Shown here: positions 29,800-40,004 of the stretch, piece after piece
Layout of the letters: every line of letters starts with the position of its first letter
Position numbering within the stretch: position 1 is the stretch's first letter
Origin: a bacterium
GTDB lineage: Bacteria > UBA8248 > JACPRG01 > G963555815
Length of the DNA: 64,000 bases
NCBI GenBank assembly: GCA_965218795.1
Contig: OZ244653.1
Coordinates: forward strand, 3,008,001 to 3,072,000
Direction: 5' to 3'
Program-made: the position numbers and the translations under genes
Notes under the pieces: generated by a model
Databases searched by the model: none
The model's input: only the letters and a program-made list of their open reading frames with translations
Told to the model about the DNA's origin: nothing

Positions 29800-30917
29800 G
29801 CCGGACCATGGGCGCCGTCAGATTGGAAAATATTTGGAAGTCCTTCGGGCATGTGGAGGCCCTGAAAGGGATCGACCTCCCATTCGAATCGGGAGATCTG
29901 ACCGTTCTGCTCGGCCATTCGGGCGCGGGCAAGACCACTATCCTGCGGATGATTGCGGGACTCGAAACCGTCGACCGCGGGGATATCCGAATCAACGGCC
30001 GAGTGGTCAACGACGAACCGCCCCGATCCCGAGGCACCTCGATGGCCTTCGAGAGCTACGCCCTCTACCCGCAGTTGTCCGTCTTCGAGAACATGGCCTT
30101 TTCGTTTCTGGTGGCTGCTGGAGCCAAATGGACGCTGACGGAGGAGGTCCGCGGCAGGGTTCGCGCAATGGCCGAGCTTCTGGAGATCGCTCAACTGCTG
30201 GATCGTCTTCCGCGCCAGCTTTCCGGAGGACAGCGGCAGCGCGTGGCGCTGGGCCGAACCCTCGTCCGCGACGCCGCCGTCCACTTGCTGGACGAGCCGA
30301 TTGCGCATTTGGACGCCAAGCTGCGGCATCAGCTCCGGGGTGGATTGAAGCACTTGCAGCGGGACCGGGGCGCAACGACTGTGTGGACGACGCCGGATCA
30401 ATTGGAAGCGATGTCCATCGCCGATCAGGTGGTCGTTATGAACCACGGGGTTCTTGAGCAATCGGGTCCGCCTTCCGAGCTCTATCAGCATCCGAAAAAT
30501 GAATACGTCGCCCGCAGTCTGGGGGAGCCCCCGATGAACATTCTGTCCTCATCGGTCAGGCGGGCAGACGACGAAATGCAACTCGATATCAATGGGACCT
30601 CTCTGCCGGTTCGGGGGGAGGGCGCGCGCGTGCTGGAGCAATCCAACGGAGACGGACGGATTTCCATGGGAATTCGGCCGACCGATATTTCCGTTCAGGC
30701 CGAGCGGCCTCGGGAACCATCCCTGGAGTCCGAAGTCGTCGTCTTCGAACCGCTCGGACAGTATGGCGTCGTGACTGCCCAGTGCGCTGGGGAGGAGCTC
30801 AAGGTCAAGGTGGGCAAGGGGATCCGCCCTGAGCCCGGGGCCCGGATTTGGCTGGTTCCTCATGCGGAGCGGTATCACTTTTTCAACCCGAGGACTGGAG
30901 AAGCTCTGAGGGCCTAA
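29796..30917 (+). CDS. CUT1 ABC transporter ATP-binding protein (second, H-loop degenerate)
   Basis: GHSGAGKT, LSGGQRQR, LLDEP and WTTPDQ motifs. Confidence 0.92.
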   Translation: MSRTMGAVRLENIWKSFGHVEALKGIDLPFESGDLTVLLGHSGAGKTTILRMIAGLETVDRGDIRINGRVVNDEPPRSRGTSMAFESYALYPQLSVFENMAFSFLVAAGAKWTLTEEVRGRVRAMAELLEIAQLLDRLPRQLSGGQRQRVALGRTLVRDAAVHLLDEPIAHLDAKLRHQLRGGLKHLQRDRGATTVWTTPDQLEAMSIADQVVVMNHGVLEQSGPPSELYQHPKNEYVARSLGEPPMNILSSSVRRADDEMQLDINGTSLPVRGEGARVLEQSNGDGRISMGIRPTDISVQAERPREPSLESEVVVFEPLGQYGVVTAQCAGEELKVKVGKGIRPEPGARIWLVPHAERYHFFNPRTGEALRA

Positions 30918-30968
30918 GACGTTCGTCAGGGATGGCCGCGGACAATCACTCGAGGAGGGAGCGCGTAA

Positions 30969-32405
30969 ATGAGAAGGGGAATGAGATCAGCCCGAAGATG
31001 GAGAAGCGCCTGGGTGTTCGGGCTCGTGGCCCTGTCGGCACTGGCCCTGAGCGGCTCGGCCTGGAGTTGGACGCTGGAAGAGGCGGCCAAGCCCTACAAA
31101 GGGTCCACCCTGAGGGCGGGCATCGCCATGGTTCCCGTCATCGAGGGATATCTTCCGCTCATCAAGGAGTTCTCGAAGCGGACGGGGATCAACGTCAAGG
31201 TCGAAAAATACACCCACGCGGAGTGGGACGCGAAAGGGGATGCGGATCTCTACTCTCGGACCGGACACTTCGATTTGCTTCAGATGCACCACACCCGGGC
31301 GGAAGACTGGGCCGTGAACGGGCACGTCCGGTGGATCAACAAGTATATGAAGAACCCCAAGCTCCGAGATCCCGATCTGGATCCAGATGATTTTCTCCAG
31401 CCCCTGTGGAATGACAATTGCCTGTTCGAGGGCGGAAATTATTCCTGTTTCCCGACCTACAACTTCCAGATGGTGTACTGGTATCGCAAGGATTGGTTCA
31501 GCGATCCCGGCGAAAAGGCCGCGTTCAAGAAGAAATACGGGTATGAGCTGGGGCCGGCAAAGACTTACGAACAATTCCGGGATATCGCGGAGTTCTTCAC
31601 CCGGAAGAAAGGCGAAAAGATTGCCGGTAAAGTCCTTGCAGATAACCACTACGGCGTCGGCTTGGTGGGCAAGCGGGAGATGTCCCTCACTTGGGAATGG
31701 TACAACATTCTCAACGGCTGGGGTATCAAGCTCTATGAAAACGACGGCCGTCCGAACTTCAATCAAAAGGCCGTGATCGACGCCACGAAGTGGTGGCTGA
31801 GTCTCCGGCCGTTCGCGCCGCCCGGGGTGTCCGAGGCCGGGTTCATCGACCTGTTTGTCCTGATGACGAAGGGCAACATTGCCCAGTCGCTGAACTGGAT
31901 CGACTTCGCCTTTGCGATCGATATTCCCAAAATCTCGAAGGCCGTCGGGGTTTACACCTATGCCCCGGTTCCCGTTCGGGAAAAGGGTATCCCCCCCAGC
32001 GGGTGGGGCGAGGGCGAGCCGATGATCATCAGCAAGTACAGCAAGAACCCGGAGGCGGCGTACCTCTTCATCCAGTGGATGTCTTCCAAGGAAACCCAGA
32101 AAAAATGGATTGAGGGACCGGGCAGCGGTCTTCCCGTTCGGAAGTCTTCGCTTGAGCTTCCGTTCGTCAAGAAGCACCCTGTGTTCGAGCCGACGATTGT
32201 CTCCATGAGGAACGGTTGGTTTGATCCCGGATTTTCGAATTACGCCCAGGTTCGGGAAGAGATTGCGATTCAAATTACCGAGGCGGCGGGCGGGAAGAAA
32301 ACCGTCGATCAGGCGATGAACGATTTGCAGGCGAAAGCCCTCAAACTGCATCCCAAAGGGCCGATCAATCCGGGCCAGCCATCCGTGAATCAGTTCCACC
32401 GGTAG
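30969..32405 (+). CDS. ABC transporter extracellular solute-binding protein
   Basis: Signal peptide ending AWS; YWYRKD, FKKKYGYELGP, DIAEFF and AAYLFIQW motifs. Confidence 0.9.
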   Translation: MRRGMRSARRWRSAWVFGLVALSALALSGSAWSWTLEEAAKPYKGSTLRAGIAMVPVIEGYLPLIKEFSKRTGINVKVEKYTHAEWDAKGDADLYSRTGHFDLLQMHHTRAEDWAVNGHVRWINKYMKNPKLRDPDLDPDDFLQPLWNDNCLFEGGNYSCFPTYNFQMVYWYRKDWFSDPGEKAAFKKKYGYELGPAKTYEQFRDIAEFFTRKKGEKIAGKVLADNHYGVGLVGKREMSLTWEWYNILNGWGIKLYENDGRPNFNQKAVIDATKWWLSLRPFAPPGVSEAGFIDLFVLMTKGNIAQSLNWIDFAFAIDIPKISKAVGVYTYAPVPVREKGIPPSGWGEGEPMIISKYSKNPEAAYLFIQWMSSKETQKKWIEGPGSGLPVRKSSLELPFVKKHPVFEPTIVSMRNGWFDPGFSNYAQVREEIAIQITEAAGGKKTVDQAMNDLQAKALKLHPKGPINPGQPSVNQFHR

Positions 32406-32433
32406 GCTGCCTCTGACCGAAAAACGGGATTCG

Positions 32434-32468
32434 GCGGGAGAGGGGGAAGCGAAAGCCATCTCTCCCGC
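32434..32468 (+). other. Intercistronic stem-loop after SBP gene
   Basis: gcgggagag...gc-gaaa-gc...ctctcccgc. Confidence 0.45.
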
Positions 32469-32491
32469 TTCATCGTGAAAGGGCGGGTTGG

Positions 32492-33424
32492 ATGACGGTC
32501 GATTCGCAGAGGGTCAATCGGGCCACCAACAGAAGGATGGCGCGCTTCAAGCGCGGTGTGTATCCCTATGCCCTCTTGTCCCCCAGCCTTCTGGCGCTTC
32601 TTCTTGTGGGAATGTACCCGTTCATTTATATGATCATCCTGAGCTTCCGAAAGCTGAATTTTCGAAAGCTTGGGACTACGGGGGAATTCATCGGGCTGGA
32701 GAATTATCGGAATCTTTTCACGGAATCCGTTTTTTTGACATCGCTCAAAACCACCATCTTTATCGTCCTGACTTCCGTACCTATCGAACTGATTCTTGGA
32801 TTCGCCATCGCCTATTTGTTCAACCGGCACTTTCCGTTAAGGCGGCTGGCCGTCACCGTGACGATCATTCCGACGGTCCTCGCCCCCATCGCCATCGCCG
32901 TCATGTGGAAGATCATGCTGGCCTCGCCCTGGGGGTTTCTGATGTACAACGTCTTCTATAAGGTGGGCCTTTTCGAAGATATTTCGATCTTCGGCTCGCC
33001 GGGGTGGGCGCTGGCGGCCATCATCGGTATCGATGTCTGGGAGTGGACGCCCTTTATGTTTCTGGTCTTCCTGGCCGGGCTCGGCGGACTTCCCCAGAGG
33101 CCGTATGAGGCCGCGGCCGTGGACGGGGCGTCCGCATGGCAGACCTTCTGGCACCTGACCCTGCCGATGCTGAGCCCGTTCATCCTGGTGATGCTGCTTA
33201 TCCGCCTCATCGATGCCTTCAAGATTTTCGATACCATTTACATCCTGACCAAAGGCGGTCCGGGGGTATCGACGGAGTCCATCTCGATCTTCGCTTACCG
33301 GTTCAACTTCGAGTATTGGAAGCTGGGGGAGAGCTCCGCCTTGGCGGTGGTCGTCTTCTTGATTTTCTTTGTCGTCTTTGGGATTTTGTTCACGCTTCTT
33401 CAGAAGCGGTTCAGGGTGTTCTAA
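32492..33424 (+). CDS. CUT1 ABC transporter permease
   Basis: FIGLENY, WEWTPF, YEAAAVDGAS (EAA motif) and LTKGGPG. Confidence 0.93.
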   Translation: MTVDSQRVNRATNRRMARFKRGVYPYALLSPSLLALLLVGMYPFIYMIILSFRKLNFRKLGTTGEFIGLENYRNLFTESVFLTSLKTTIFIVLTSVPIELILGFAIAYLFNRHFPLRRLAVTVTIIPTVLAPIAIAVMWKIMLASPWGFLMYNVFYKVGLFEDISIFGSPGWALAAIIGIDVWEWTPFMFLVFLAGLGGLPQRPYEAAAVDGASAWQTFWHLTLPMLSPFILVMLLIRLIDAFKIFDTIYILTKGGPGVSTESISIFAYRFNFEYWKLGESSALAVVVFLIFFVVFGILFTLLQKRFRVF

Positions 33425-33441
33425 AAGGGAGTTCTTCGGTA

Positions 33442-34290
33442 GTGCAAGCCACGATCGGATCATCGAATGGGAGGAAGCGCTCCGGGTCCTGGATTCTCGG
33501 GGTCCTGATCTGCATGGTCGTCGCCAATTCGCTCTTCCCGTACATCTGGATGCTGGTCAGCAGCGTGAAACCGGACAACATTATGTATGCGACGCCGACC
33601 GTGTGGTTTTTCACCCCCATCACCGACCATTACGCAAAGGCCTTCGGCGCAGGCGGGTTCGGCGCAAACTTTCTGAATTCGATTATCGTGTCCGTCTCGA
33701 CGACGATCCTGGTCATTGTCATCGGGACGCCCGCGGCCTACAGCTTTGCGCGATTCCGGATCTGGCGGAGCAACGACATCTTCATGTATATCCTCTCGAC
33801 CCGGATGGCGCCCACCATCTCCCTGGCCATTCCGTTCTATTTGATGTTTGCCAGTCTCCGGCTTCTGAACACCTATACCGTGGTCATCCTGGCCCACCTG
33901 ACGTTCAACCTTTCTTTCTACATCTGGGTTCTGCGCGGGTTCTTCCGAGACATCCCTATCGAGCTGGAGGAAAGCTCGATGATTGACGGCTACACCCGCT
34001 GGCGGGCTTTCACCCGGGTGACCCTGCCTTTGGCGCGGTCCGGAATTATCTCCGCAGGTATCTTCTGCTTCATCTTCTCGTGGAACGAGTTCCTGTACGC
34101 CCTCATCCTCGGCGGCGGGGACGTGAAAACGCTTCCCGTCGTCATCCCGTCGCTGATCAATCAGCGGGGCGTGGAATGGGGAGTGATTGCAGCGATCGGA
34201 AGTGTCGTCATCCTGCCGATTCTGGTCCTGGTGTTTGTCGTTCAGAAACACATCGTTCGGGGCCTGACAATGGGGGCCGTCAAAGGATAG
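33442..34290 (+). CDS. CUT1 ABC transporter permease
   Basis: FLNSIIVS, IPIELEESSMIDG, WNEFLYAL and GLTMGAVKG; GTG start at 33442. Confidence 0.92.
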   Translation: MQATIGSSNGRKRSGSWILGVLICMVVANSLFPYIWMLVSSVKPDNIMYATPTVWFFTPITDHYAKAFGAGGFGANFLNSIIVSVSTTILVIVIGTPAAYSFARFRIWRSNDIFMYILSTRMAPTISLAIPFYLMFASLRLLNTYTVVILAHLTFNLSFYIWVLRGFFRDIPIELEESSMIDGYTRWRAFTRVTLPLARSGIISAGIFCFIFSWNEFLYALILGGGDVKTLPVVIPSLINQRGVEWGVIAAIGSVVILPILVLVFVVQKHIVRGLTMGAVKG

Positions 34291-34301
34291 GAGGGAGAAT
34301 C

Positions 34302-35243
34302 ATGGCCGCTCACCACGAGCTTCACGCATCTCCGGATACCGTACATTGGGGTTATTTCGAAGCCTCTTGGGAGCCTGCCCTGCGCGTGGAATCGGGTGAC
34401 CGGGTGTCCATTCACACCCTGACGGCCGAGCCCGAAGACCTGCCGCCCGAGGGATACGACGTTCTGCCCGAGCTTTTGGAGGTGCACGCGAAGTGCGAGC
34501 GAGGGCCGGGCCCTCACTTCATCACCGGGCCCGTGTGGGTCAACGGGGCCGAACCCGGCGATGTTCTGGAGGTCCGAATACTCGACTGCGAGCTGCGGCA
34601 GGATTGGGGCTGGATGATCATTGCGCCGCTTCTGGGCACACTCCCGGAGGATTTCCCCAACTTTCGCCGCATCTATGTCCGCATGAACCGGGAAACCATG
34701 ACTGCAGACCTCCCCTGGGGGGGGACCCTCCCGCTCGATCCATTTTTCGGGATTCTTGCGGTGGCCCCACCGGCGAGCTATGGACGCGTCCCATCCCCCG
34801 CGCCCCGGGAACACGGGGGCAACATGGACAACAAGGAGCTCAAGGCGGGAACAACCCTCTTTTTCCCCGTGTGGAACAAAGGCGCTCTATTCTCCGTAGG
34901 GGACGGCCACGGTGTTCAGGGCGACGGAGAGGTTTGTCTGACCGCCATCGAGACGTCCATGACGGGGACCTTCGAGTTCGTCGTGCGTAAAGACCTTTCC
35001 CTGACGGTCCCCCGGGCCGAATCCCCGACCCACTACATCACCATGGGCTTCAACGAAGACCTGGACGATGCGGCCAAGCAGGCCCTGCGGGAAATGATCT
35101 CCCTCATCGGAGAGGTCGCGGGTCTTTCTCCGGAGGAGGCGTATTTCCTCTGCAGTCTGGCGGCGGACCTTCGTGTCACACAGCTCGTGGACGGCAATAA
35201 AGGCATCCACGCCATGCTCCCGAAGGCCGTTTTGCCGTCATAA
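34302..35243 (+). CDS. Acetamidase/formamidase family protein
   Basis: TVHWGYF, GPHFITGPV, GAEPGD, PREHGGNMD, GDGHGVQGDGEVCLTAIE; RBS GGAGG. Confidence 0.92.
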   Translation: MAAHHELHASPDTVHWGYFEASWEPALRVESGDRVSIHTLTAEPEDLPPEGYDVLPELLEVHAKCERGPGPHFITGPVWVNGAEPGDVLEVRILDCELRQDWGWMIIAPLLGTLPEDFPNFRRIYVRMNRETMTADLPWGGTLPLDPFFGILAVAPPASYGRVPSPAPREHGGNMDNKELKAGTTLFFPVWNKGALFSVGDGHGVQGDGEVCLTAIETSMTGTFEFVVRKDLSLTVPRAESPTHYITMGFNEDLDDAAKQALREMISLIGEVAGLSPEEAYFLCSLAADLRVTQLVDGNKGIHAMLPKAVLPS

Positions 35244-35486
35244 CACTCCAGGGGCGGTATGGCGGATGGAGCTTCGGCCAGAGCATGGCTTTTTTGAATG
35301 AACGAGGCAACATCGAAATTCGATCTTGTCGAGAAGCCCGTTCGCCGGTGATCACCGGCACCCCAGATGCAGACGTATCTCTGAAAGCCGCAGGCGTCTG
35401 ATTCCTTCAATCCAGCGAAGGGGATATTCGTAATGGGGTTGTTCAATACCCGTCCTGAAACTTTCCGACAGATTATCCCCAATGAT

Positions 35487-35504
35487 TGTTAACATGATCA
35501 TGTT
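35487..35504. promoter_or_regulatory. Palindromic operator candidate upstream of second SBP
   Basis: Perfect 14-bp palindrome aacatgatcatgtt (35491-35504) overlapping tgttaaca. Confidence 0.4.
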
Positions 35505-35585
35505 TCCAAGTATTCGGTGAGCCGGGACCGCAAGCACCTGGAACGCTCAGGCTGAGCGTCGAGTGCCATCCATAGGGGGGGTGTG

Positions 35586-37034
35586 ATGAATCGAAGAAGG
35601 AGGATGTTGCAGAGTTGGCGTGCATTCGCAGTTTGGAGTCTTGCCCCATTCCTGGTTCTCATCCTGGCGGGTTCGTCCTGGGGATGGTCGCTGGAGGAGG
35701 CGGCCAAACCCTACCGGGGAGCGACCCTCAAAGTAGGTGTAGCCTTTGTGCCCGTCGTAGGGGGAATACTGCCGCTCATCAAGAACGAATGGGAGCCCCG
35801 AACGGGGATCAAGGTGAAGGTGGAGAAATTTACCCACGCCGAATGGGACGCCAAGGGAGACGCCGACCTCTATTCGCGGACCGGCTATTTCGATTTGGTC
35901 ATGATGCACCACAACCGCGCAGAGGATTGGGCGGGCAACGGGCACGTCGAGTGGATCAACAAGTACATGAACGCCCCGAAGCTCCGGGACCCCGAACTGG
36001 ACCCCGACGACTTCCTCCAGCCCCTCTGGGATGATTACTGCCTGTTCGACGGCGGAAAGCTGGCCTGCCTTCCAACGTTCAACTATCAGATGGTGTACTG
36101 GTACCGCAAGGACCTGCTCGAAAATCCCGAGGAGCGGGCCGCCTTCAAGAAGAAATACGGATATGACCTGGCTCCGGCCAAGACGTTCAGGCATTATCAG
36201 GACATCGCCGAGTTCTTCACCCGAAAAAAGGGCGAGAAGCTGGCAGGCAAGGTCCTCAAGAATAATTTTTACGGCGTCGGCGTCGTGGGAAAACGGGAGC
36301 CGTCGCTTTCTTGGGAGTGGTTCAACATCCTCAAAGGCTGGGGCGCGTCGGTCTTCGATAAGGAAGGGCGACCCACATTCAATACCAAGGAAGCCGCCAC
36401 CGCCACGAAGTGGTGGCTGGGCCTACGCAAATATGCGCCTCCCGGCGTCACAGAGGCCGGGTTCATTGACCTGTTCGTCATGATGACAAAGAAGAACATC
36501 GCCCAAGCCATTCAATGGAGCGTATCCTTCGCCTTCACCTTCGATAATCCCAAATATTCCACGGCCGAGGGGGTGTACAGTTTCGGCGCCCTTCCATCCC
36601 GGAAATCGGGAATGCCTCCTGGCGGATTCGGGGAGGCCGAGCCACTGGTCATCAGCAAGTACAGCAAGAACCCGGCCGCCGCCTATCTCCTCATGCAGTG
36701 GCTGGCTTCCAAGGACATTCAGAAAAAATGGATAGAGGGACCGGGACACGGCCTCGTCGTGCGAAAATCTTCCCTTGAGATCCCCTTTGTGAAGGACCAC
36801 CCGGTCTACGCGCCTGCCTTGACGTCGATGAAACACGGGTGGATCGACCCCGGGTTCTCAAACTACATCCAGCTTCGCGAAGAGATCACCATCCAGATCA
36901 CGGAAGCCGCGGCCGGCCGCCAGACCGTGGAGCAAGGTCTCGATAAGATTCAGGCGAGGGCCCTGAAGCTTCACCCCGAGGGAAACGTCAATCCGGGTCA
37001 GCCTCAACACACCAATCCATTCGTTGGGAGATAA
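35586..37034 (+). CDS. ABC transporter extracellular solute-binding protein (paralog of 30969-32405)
   Basis: Shares long identical peptides with the first copy (THAEWDAKGDADLYSRTG, DPDDFLQPLW, EAGFIDLFV, DPGFSNY). Confidence 0.9.
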   Translation: MNRRRRMLQSWRAFAVWSLAPFLVLILAGSSWGWSLEEAAKPYRGATLKVGVAFVPVVGGILPLIKNEWEPRTGIKVKVEKFTHAEWDAKGDADLYSRTGYFDLVMMHHNRAEDWAGNGHVEWINKYMNAPKLRDPELDPDDFLQPLWDDYCLFDGGKLACLPTFNYQMVYWYRKDLLENPEERAAFKKKYGYDLAPAKTFRHYQDIAEFFTRKKGEKLAGKVLKNNFYGVGVVGKREPSLSWEWFNILKGWGASVFDKEGRPTFNTKEAATATKWWLGLRKYAPPGVTEAGFIDLFVMMTKKNIAQAIQWSVSFAFTFDNPKYSTAEGVYSFGALPSRKSGMPPGGFGEAEPLVISKYSKNPAAAYLLMQWLASKDIQKKWIEGPGHGLVVRKSSLEIPFVKDHPVYAPALTSMKHGWIDPGFSNYIQLREEITIQITEAAAGRQTVEQGLDKIQARALKLHPEGNVNPGQPQHTNPFVGR

Positions 37035-37390
37035 GACGAAACGGGATGGAGTACGGCGTCATGCCCGGAGGCGTCGTCGTGAGTTCGCCGGGGACAGGTC
37101 TGGAGAGGGCCTGGAGATCCATGTCCGCATCAGAGATCCTCGCGAGGGCCACCGGGGACGCGGTCTTTGCCCCAGTTCTCTGTTCCTCGAAGAAGTTCAG
37201 CGCCGGCCGGTCCGCCGGATACGATCGAAGCAATGCGGCAGACCTCCGCTCGCTCGATGGGTGGACGGCAACATGGGAATCGAGGCCAGGATGCCCAAAT
37301 CGGCCCTGCCCGCATGAGGCTGGGTTCCCTGGAGCGCAAGGACAAGACATTCTGAATTGGTGATGGAAGGCTTCGACGGAGGGCGTGACG

Positions 37391-38336
37391 ATGCCAAAGC
37401 ACCACGAGGTTCCTTTCTCCCCCGACACGGTGCACATCGGGTTTTACGACCCGGCGCTTCCCCCGGTGCTTCGGATGGACTCGGGAGACCGCGTCACGAT
37501 TCACTGTCTGCCGGCCGGGGAGCCGGCGGACATGCATCCGGACCGGTCCAAGGTGTTTCCCGAGCAGTGGGAGGTGTACGAGCGGTGCGAGCAGGGTCCG
37601 GGTCCCCATCTGATGACCGGGCCCGTCTATGTTAACGGCGCCGAGCCCGGCGACACCCTTGAAGTCCGAATCCTGGAATACAAGCTCAATCAGGACTGGG
37701 GCTGGAACCTGATCCTGCCCCTGTTCGGGACGCTCGCCGGAAGATTTTCCGAACCTCCGCCGATTGCACATCCCCCTGGATCTGGAGGCGATGGTGGCCG
37801 AGTTGCCCTGGGGCATGAAGATTCCGCTCAGGCCCTTCATGGGGGAACTGGGCGTGGCCCCGCCGCCGTCCTACGGCCGGATTTCCAGCTTTGAGCCGCG
37901 GGAGCACGGAGGCAATTTCGATAATAAGGATTTGATCCCGGGGGCTACTGTGTACCTGCCCGTTTGGAACGAAGGCGCGCTGTTTTCCGCAGGGGACGGC
38001 CACGCCGTCCAGGGACACGGGGAGGTGTGCCTGACGGCGATTGAATGCGGCATGGTCGGGACGTTTGAGCTGATCGTCCGCAAGGATCTTCATCTCAAGT
38101 TTCCGAGGGCCGAGACGCCCACCCATCACATGACGATGGGTCTGAACGAAGACCTGGACGATGCGGCCAAGCAAGCTGTGCGGGAGATGATCGCTCTGCT
38201 GGGAGAGATTTCCGGATTGTCCGCCGAGGATGCCTATACTCTTTGCAGCCTCGCCGTGGATCTCCACGTTACTGAAACGGTCGGCGGAAACAAGGGAATC
38301 CACGCCATGCTCCCCAAATCCATCCTGAATTCCTGA
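37391..38336 (+). pseudogene. Acetamidase/formamidase paralog with +1 frameshift near 37736
   Basis: ORFs 37385-37894 and 37764-38336 are the two halves. Removing one base in ctcgccggaa restores GTLPEDFPN, as in the 34302 paralog. Confidence 0.85.
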
Positions 38337-38401
38337 CCCGATCCCCTCTCCCACCCGGTTTTTCTGCCGGGCACTTTAGCCCTTCGTGGTGTGAAGGAAG
38401 T

Positions 38402-39880
38402 CTACGACGGAGTGATGCCCGGCAGCGGGACGAGGGGTTCGTTCAGGACCGGCCGCGAGATGATCCAAAGACTGATGACGGTGTAGGCGATCATCAGCAG
38501 GGCCATGGGCAGCTCGACCCGAGCTGCCAGTCTCCGGTCCCCAAAGAGGTTCATCGCCCGCCGGTGGGCGGACACAATCGATGCGATGTGGCCGAGCACG
38601 ATGAGACCCGCCTGGACGACCCAGATGATGCCCGCCATCTCCGGCGTCCATTGAACGGTCCACTCGAAGTTGTGCCATCCGAACGGGTTCCAGCCGTATG
38701 CGAAGGGATCGGATGACGCCTGAACCAGCCGGGTGATCCGGCTGGGAAGGGCCGGGATGAAATGGGCGATGTGGTAAGCCGCCGCGATGGGGACCAGCGT
38801 CATGGCAAAGTCGCCGGCGAGCTCCCAAGGTTTTCGCCGCCCCCCCGCAAGCCGGGTCATCCATCGGCACACCAGCCAGTAAGCGGCCGAAAAGACCCCG
38901 ATACCCGCAAGAATGGCTGCAAGGAAAGAGGCGTGGAATGCCAGGCTTTTCGGGAGGATTTCAAAGCTTTGAAGCATCATTCTCCGGAGCAATACCCACC
39001 ATTCCGGCGTTGCGACGAATCCGTCAAAGGTCACCGCGAACAGGACAAGGATCACAAAGATTGATTCCGACGGGTGGGAAAGTCGCGATGCGTGCAGGGC
39101 CGTACTCGGCACCCGGAGCTCAATACCGTCCTTCCTTTGCCCGAGGGGAGCGAATCTCCCCAGCACCCTGAAGTATCGTGAGAATGGATTGGCGTTTTCC
39201 CACCAAGTCTTCGGGTCAAAAACGGCCATTCCGACCCAGAGCCAAACCGTGAAAAAAAGAAATACGTTGACGACGGCTTGAGGTTCCCTTGCCTGGAGCC
39301 ACCCCAGTTCGAACCAGACAAAAGCGATGAGAATCAGGACGGCCGGCCAGGCTCCAAGGGATGGCGGGTAACGAAGCCGGAGGGAGAGCGGCCGGACGGA
39401 CCATCGCCTGTAGATGCGCCGAAGGGTGTTCCATGGATCGAGCGCAGGCCAGGGGTTTCCCGCAATCAGCGTGAGCCAGGTCAGGCCCATCCACCAGCCG
39501 GTCCAAATCAGGACGGAAGCCAGGGCATCCTCGGACCAGGGGTCACCCAAAAATCTGCCGGCCAGGATGAGGCCCGCGAGGAGAAGGCCTGTCAGGGAGA
39601 GGATGTTTCCGACCAACCTGACACCGGGCCCGGTGAAAATTTTCACCCGGGCGTAACCGGACTTCTCTTTCCTCGAGGATGGACGGAGGTTGACGAGCAC
39701 GAAGGACAAGGCGACAGCCAGCCCTCCACCGACCAGAAAGAGCCAGCCCGGGATGGGTGGGGAATACCGGACTTCCTGAATTCCGTGGGCGTGGAGGTGA
39801 ACGCCAAAGAGGAGCTCCAGGACCAGCGACACCGCCAGTCCCCATCGGAAGTCCCTCCACCGACGGGGGCGCCGACTCAC
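38402..39880 (-). CDS. Polytopic membrane protein (fenitrothion hydrolase FedB-like family)
   Basis: AHG...PIPGWLF...AVALSF, GNPWPALDPW, AFVWFEL, VTFDGF, LVPIAAAYHIAHF, SDPF and GHIASIVSAH motifs. Start uncertain (GTG 39880). Confidence 0.65.
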   Translation of the reverse strand: MSRRPRRWRDFRWGLAVSLVLELLFGVHLHAHGIQEVRYSPPIPGWLFLVGGGLAVALSFVLVNLRPSSRKEKSGYARVKIFTGPGVRLVGNILSLTGLLLAGLILAGRFLGDPWSEDALASVLIWTGWWMGLTWLTLIAGNPWPALDPWNTLRRIYRRWSVRPLSLRLRYPPSLGAWPAVLILIAFVWFELGWLQAREPQAVVNVFLFFTVWLWVGMAVFDPKTWWENANPFSRYFRVLGRFAPLGQRKDGIELRVPSTALHASRLSHPSESIFVILVLFAVTFDGFVATPEWWVLLRRMMLQSFEILPKSLAFHASFLAAILAGIGVFSAAYWLVCRWMTRLAGGRRKPWELAGDFAMTLVPIAAAYHIAHFIPALPSRITRLVQASSDPFAYGWNPFGWHNFEWTVQWTPEMAGIIWVVQAGLIVLGHIASIVSAHRRAMNLFGDRRLAARVELPMALLMIAYTVISLWIISRPVLNEPLVPLPGITPS

Positions 39881-40004
39881 CTTTAAGGAAAACACACTGA
39901 CAGAATTCTCGCCGGCAAGTTTCATGAATGAAAGCAGGGCCGAATGCGTTTCCTCATGGAACCCCATCTGCGGAACGGTCCCGGATGGGTCACGGACGCG
40001 GGCA

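Noticed and set aside
33136-34302. N-terminally extended or fusion versions of ORFs (33136, 34080, 53247, 53915, 9946 starts)
   Set aside because: Most extensions overlap upstream genes and none shows family motifs; downstream starts with an RBS or ATGA coupling fit better.
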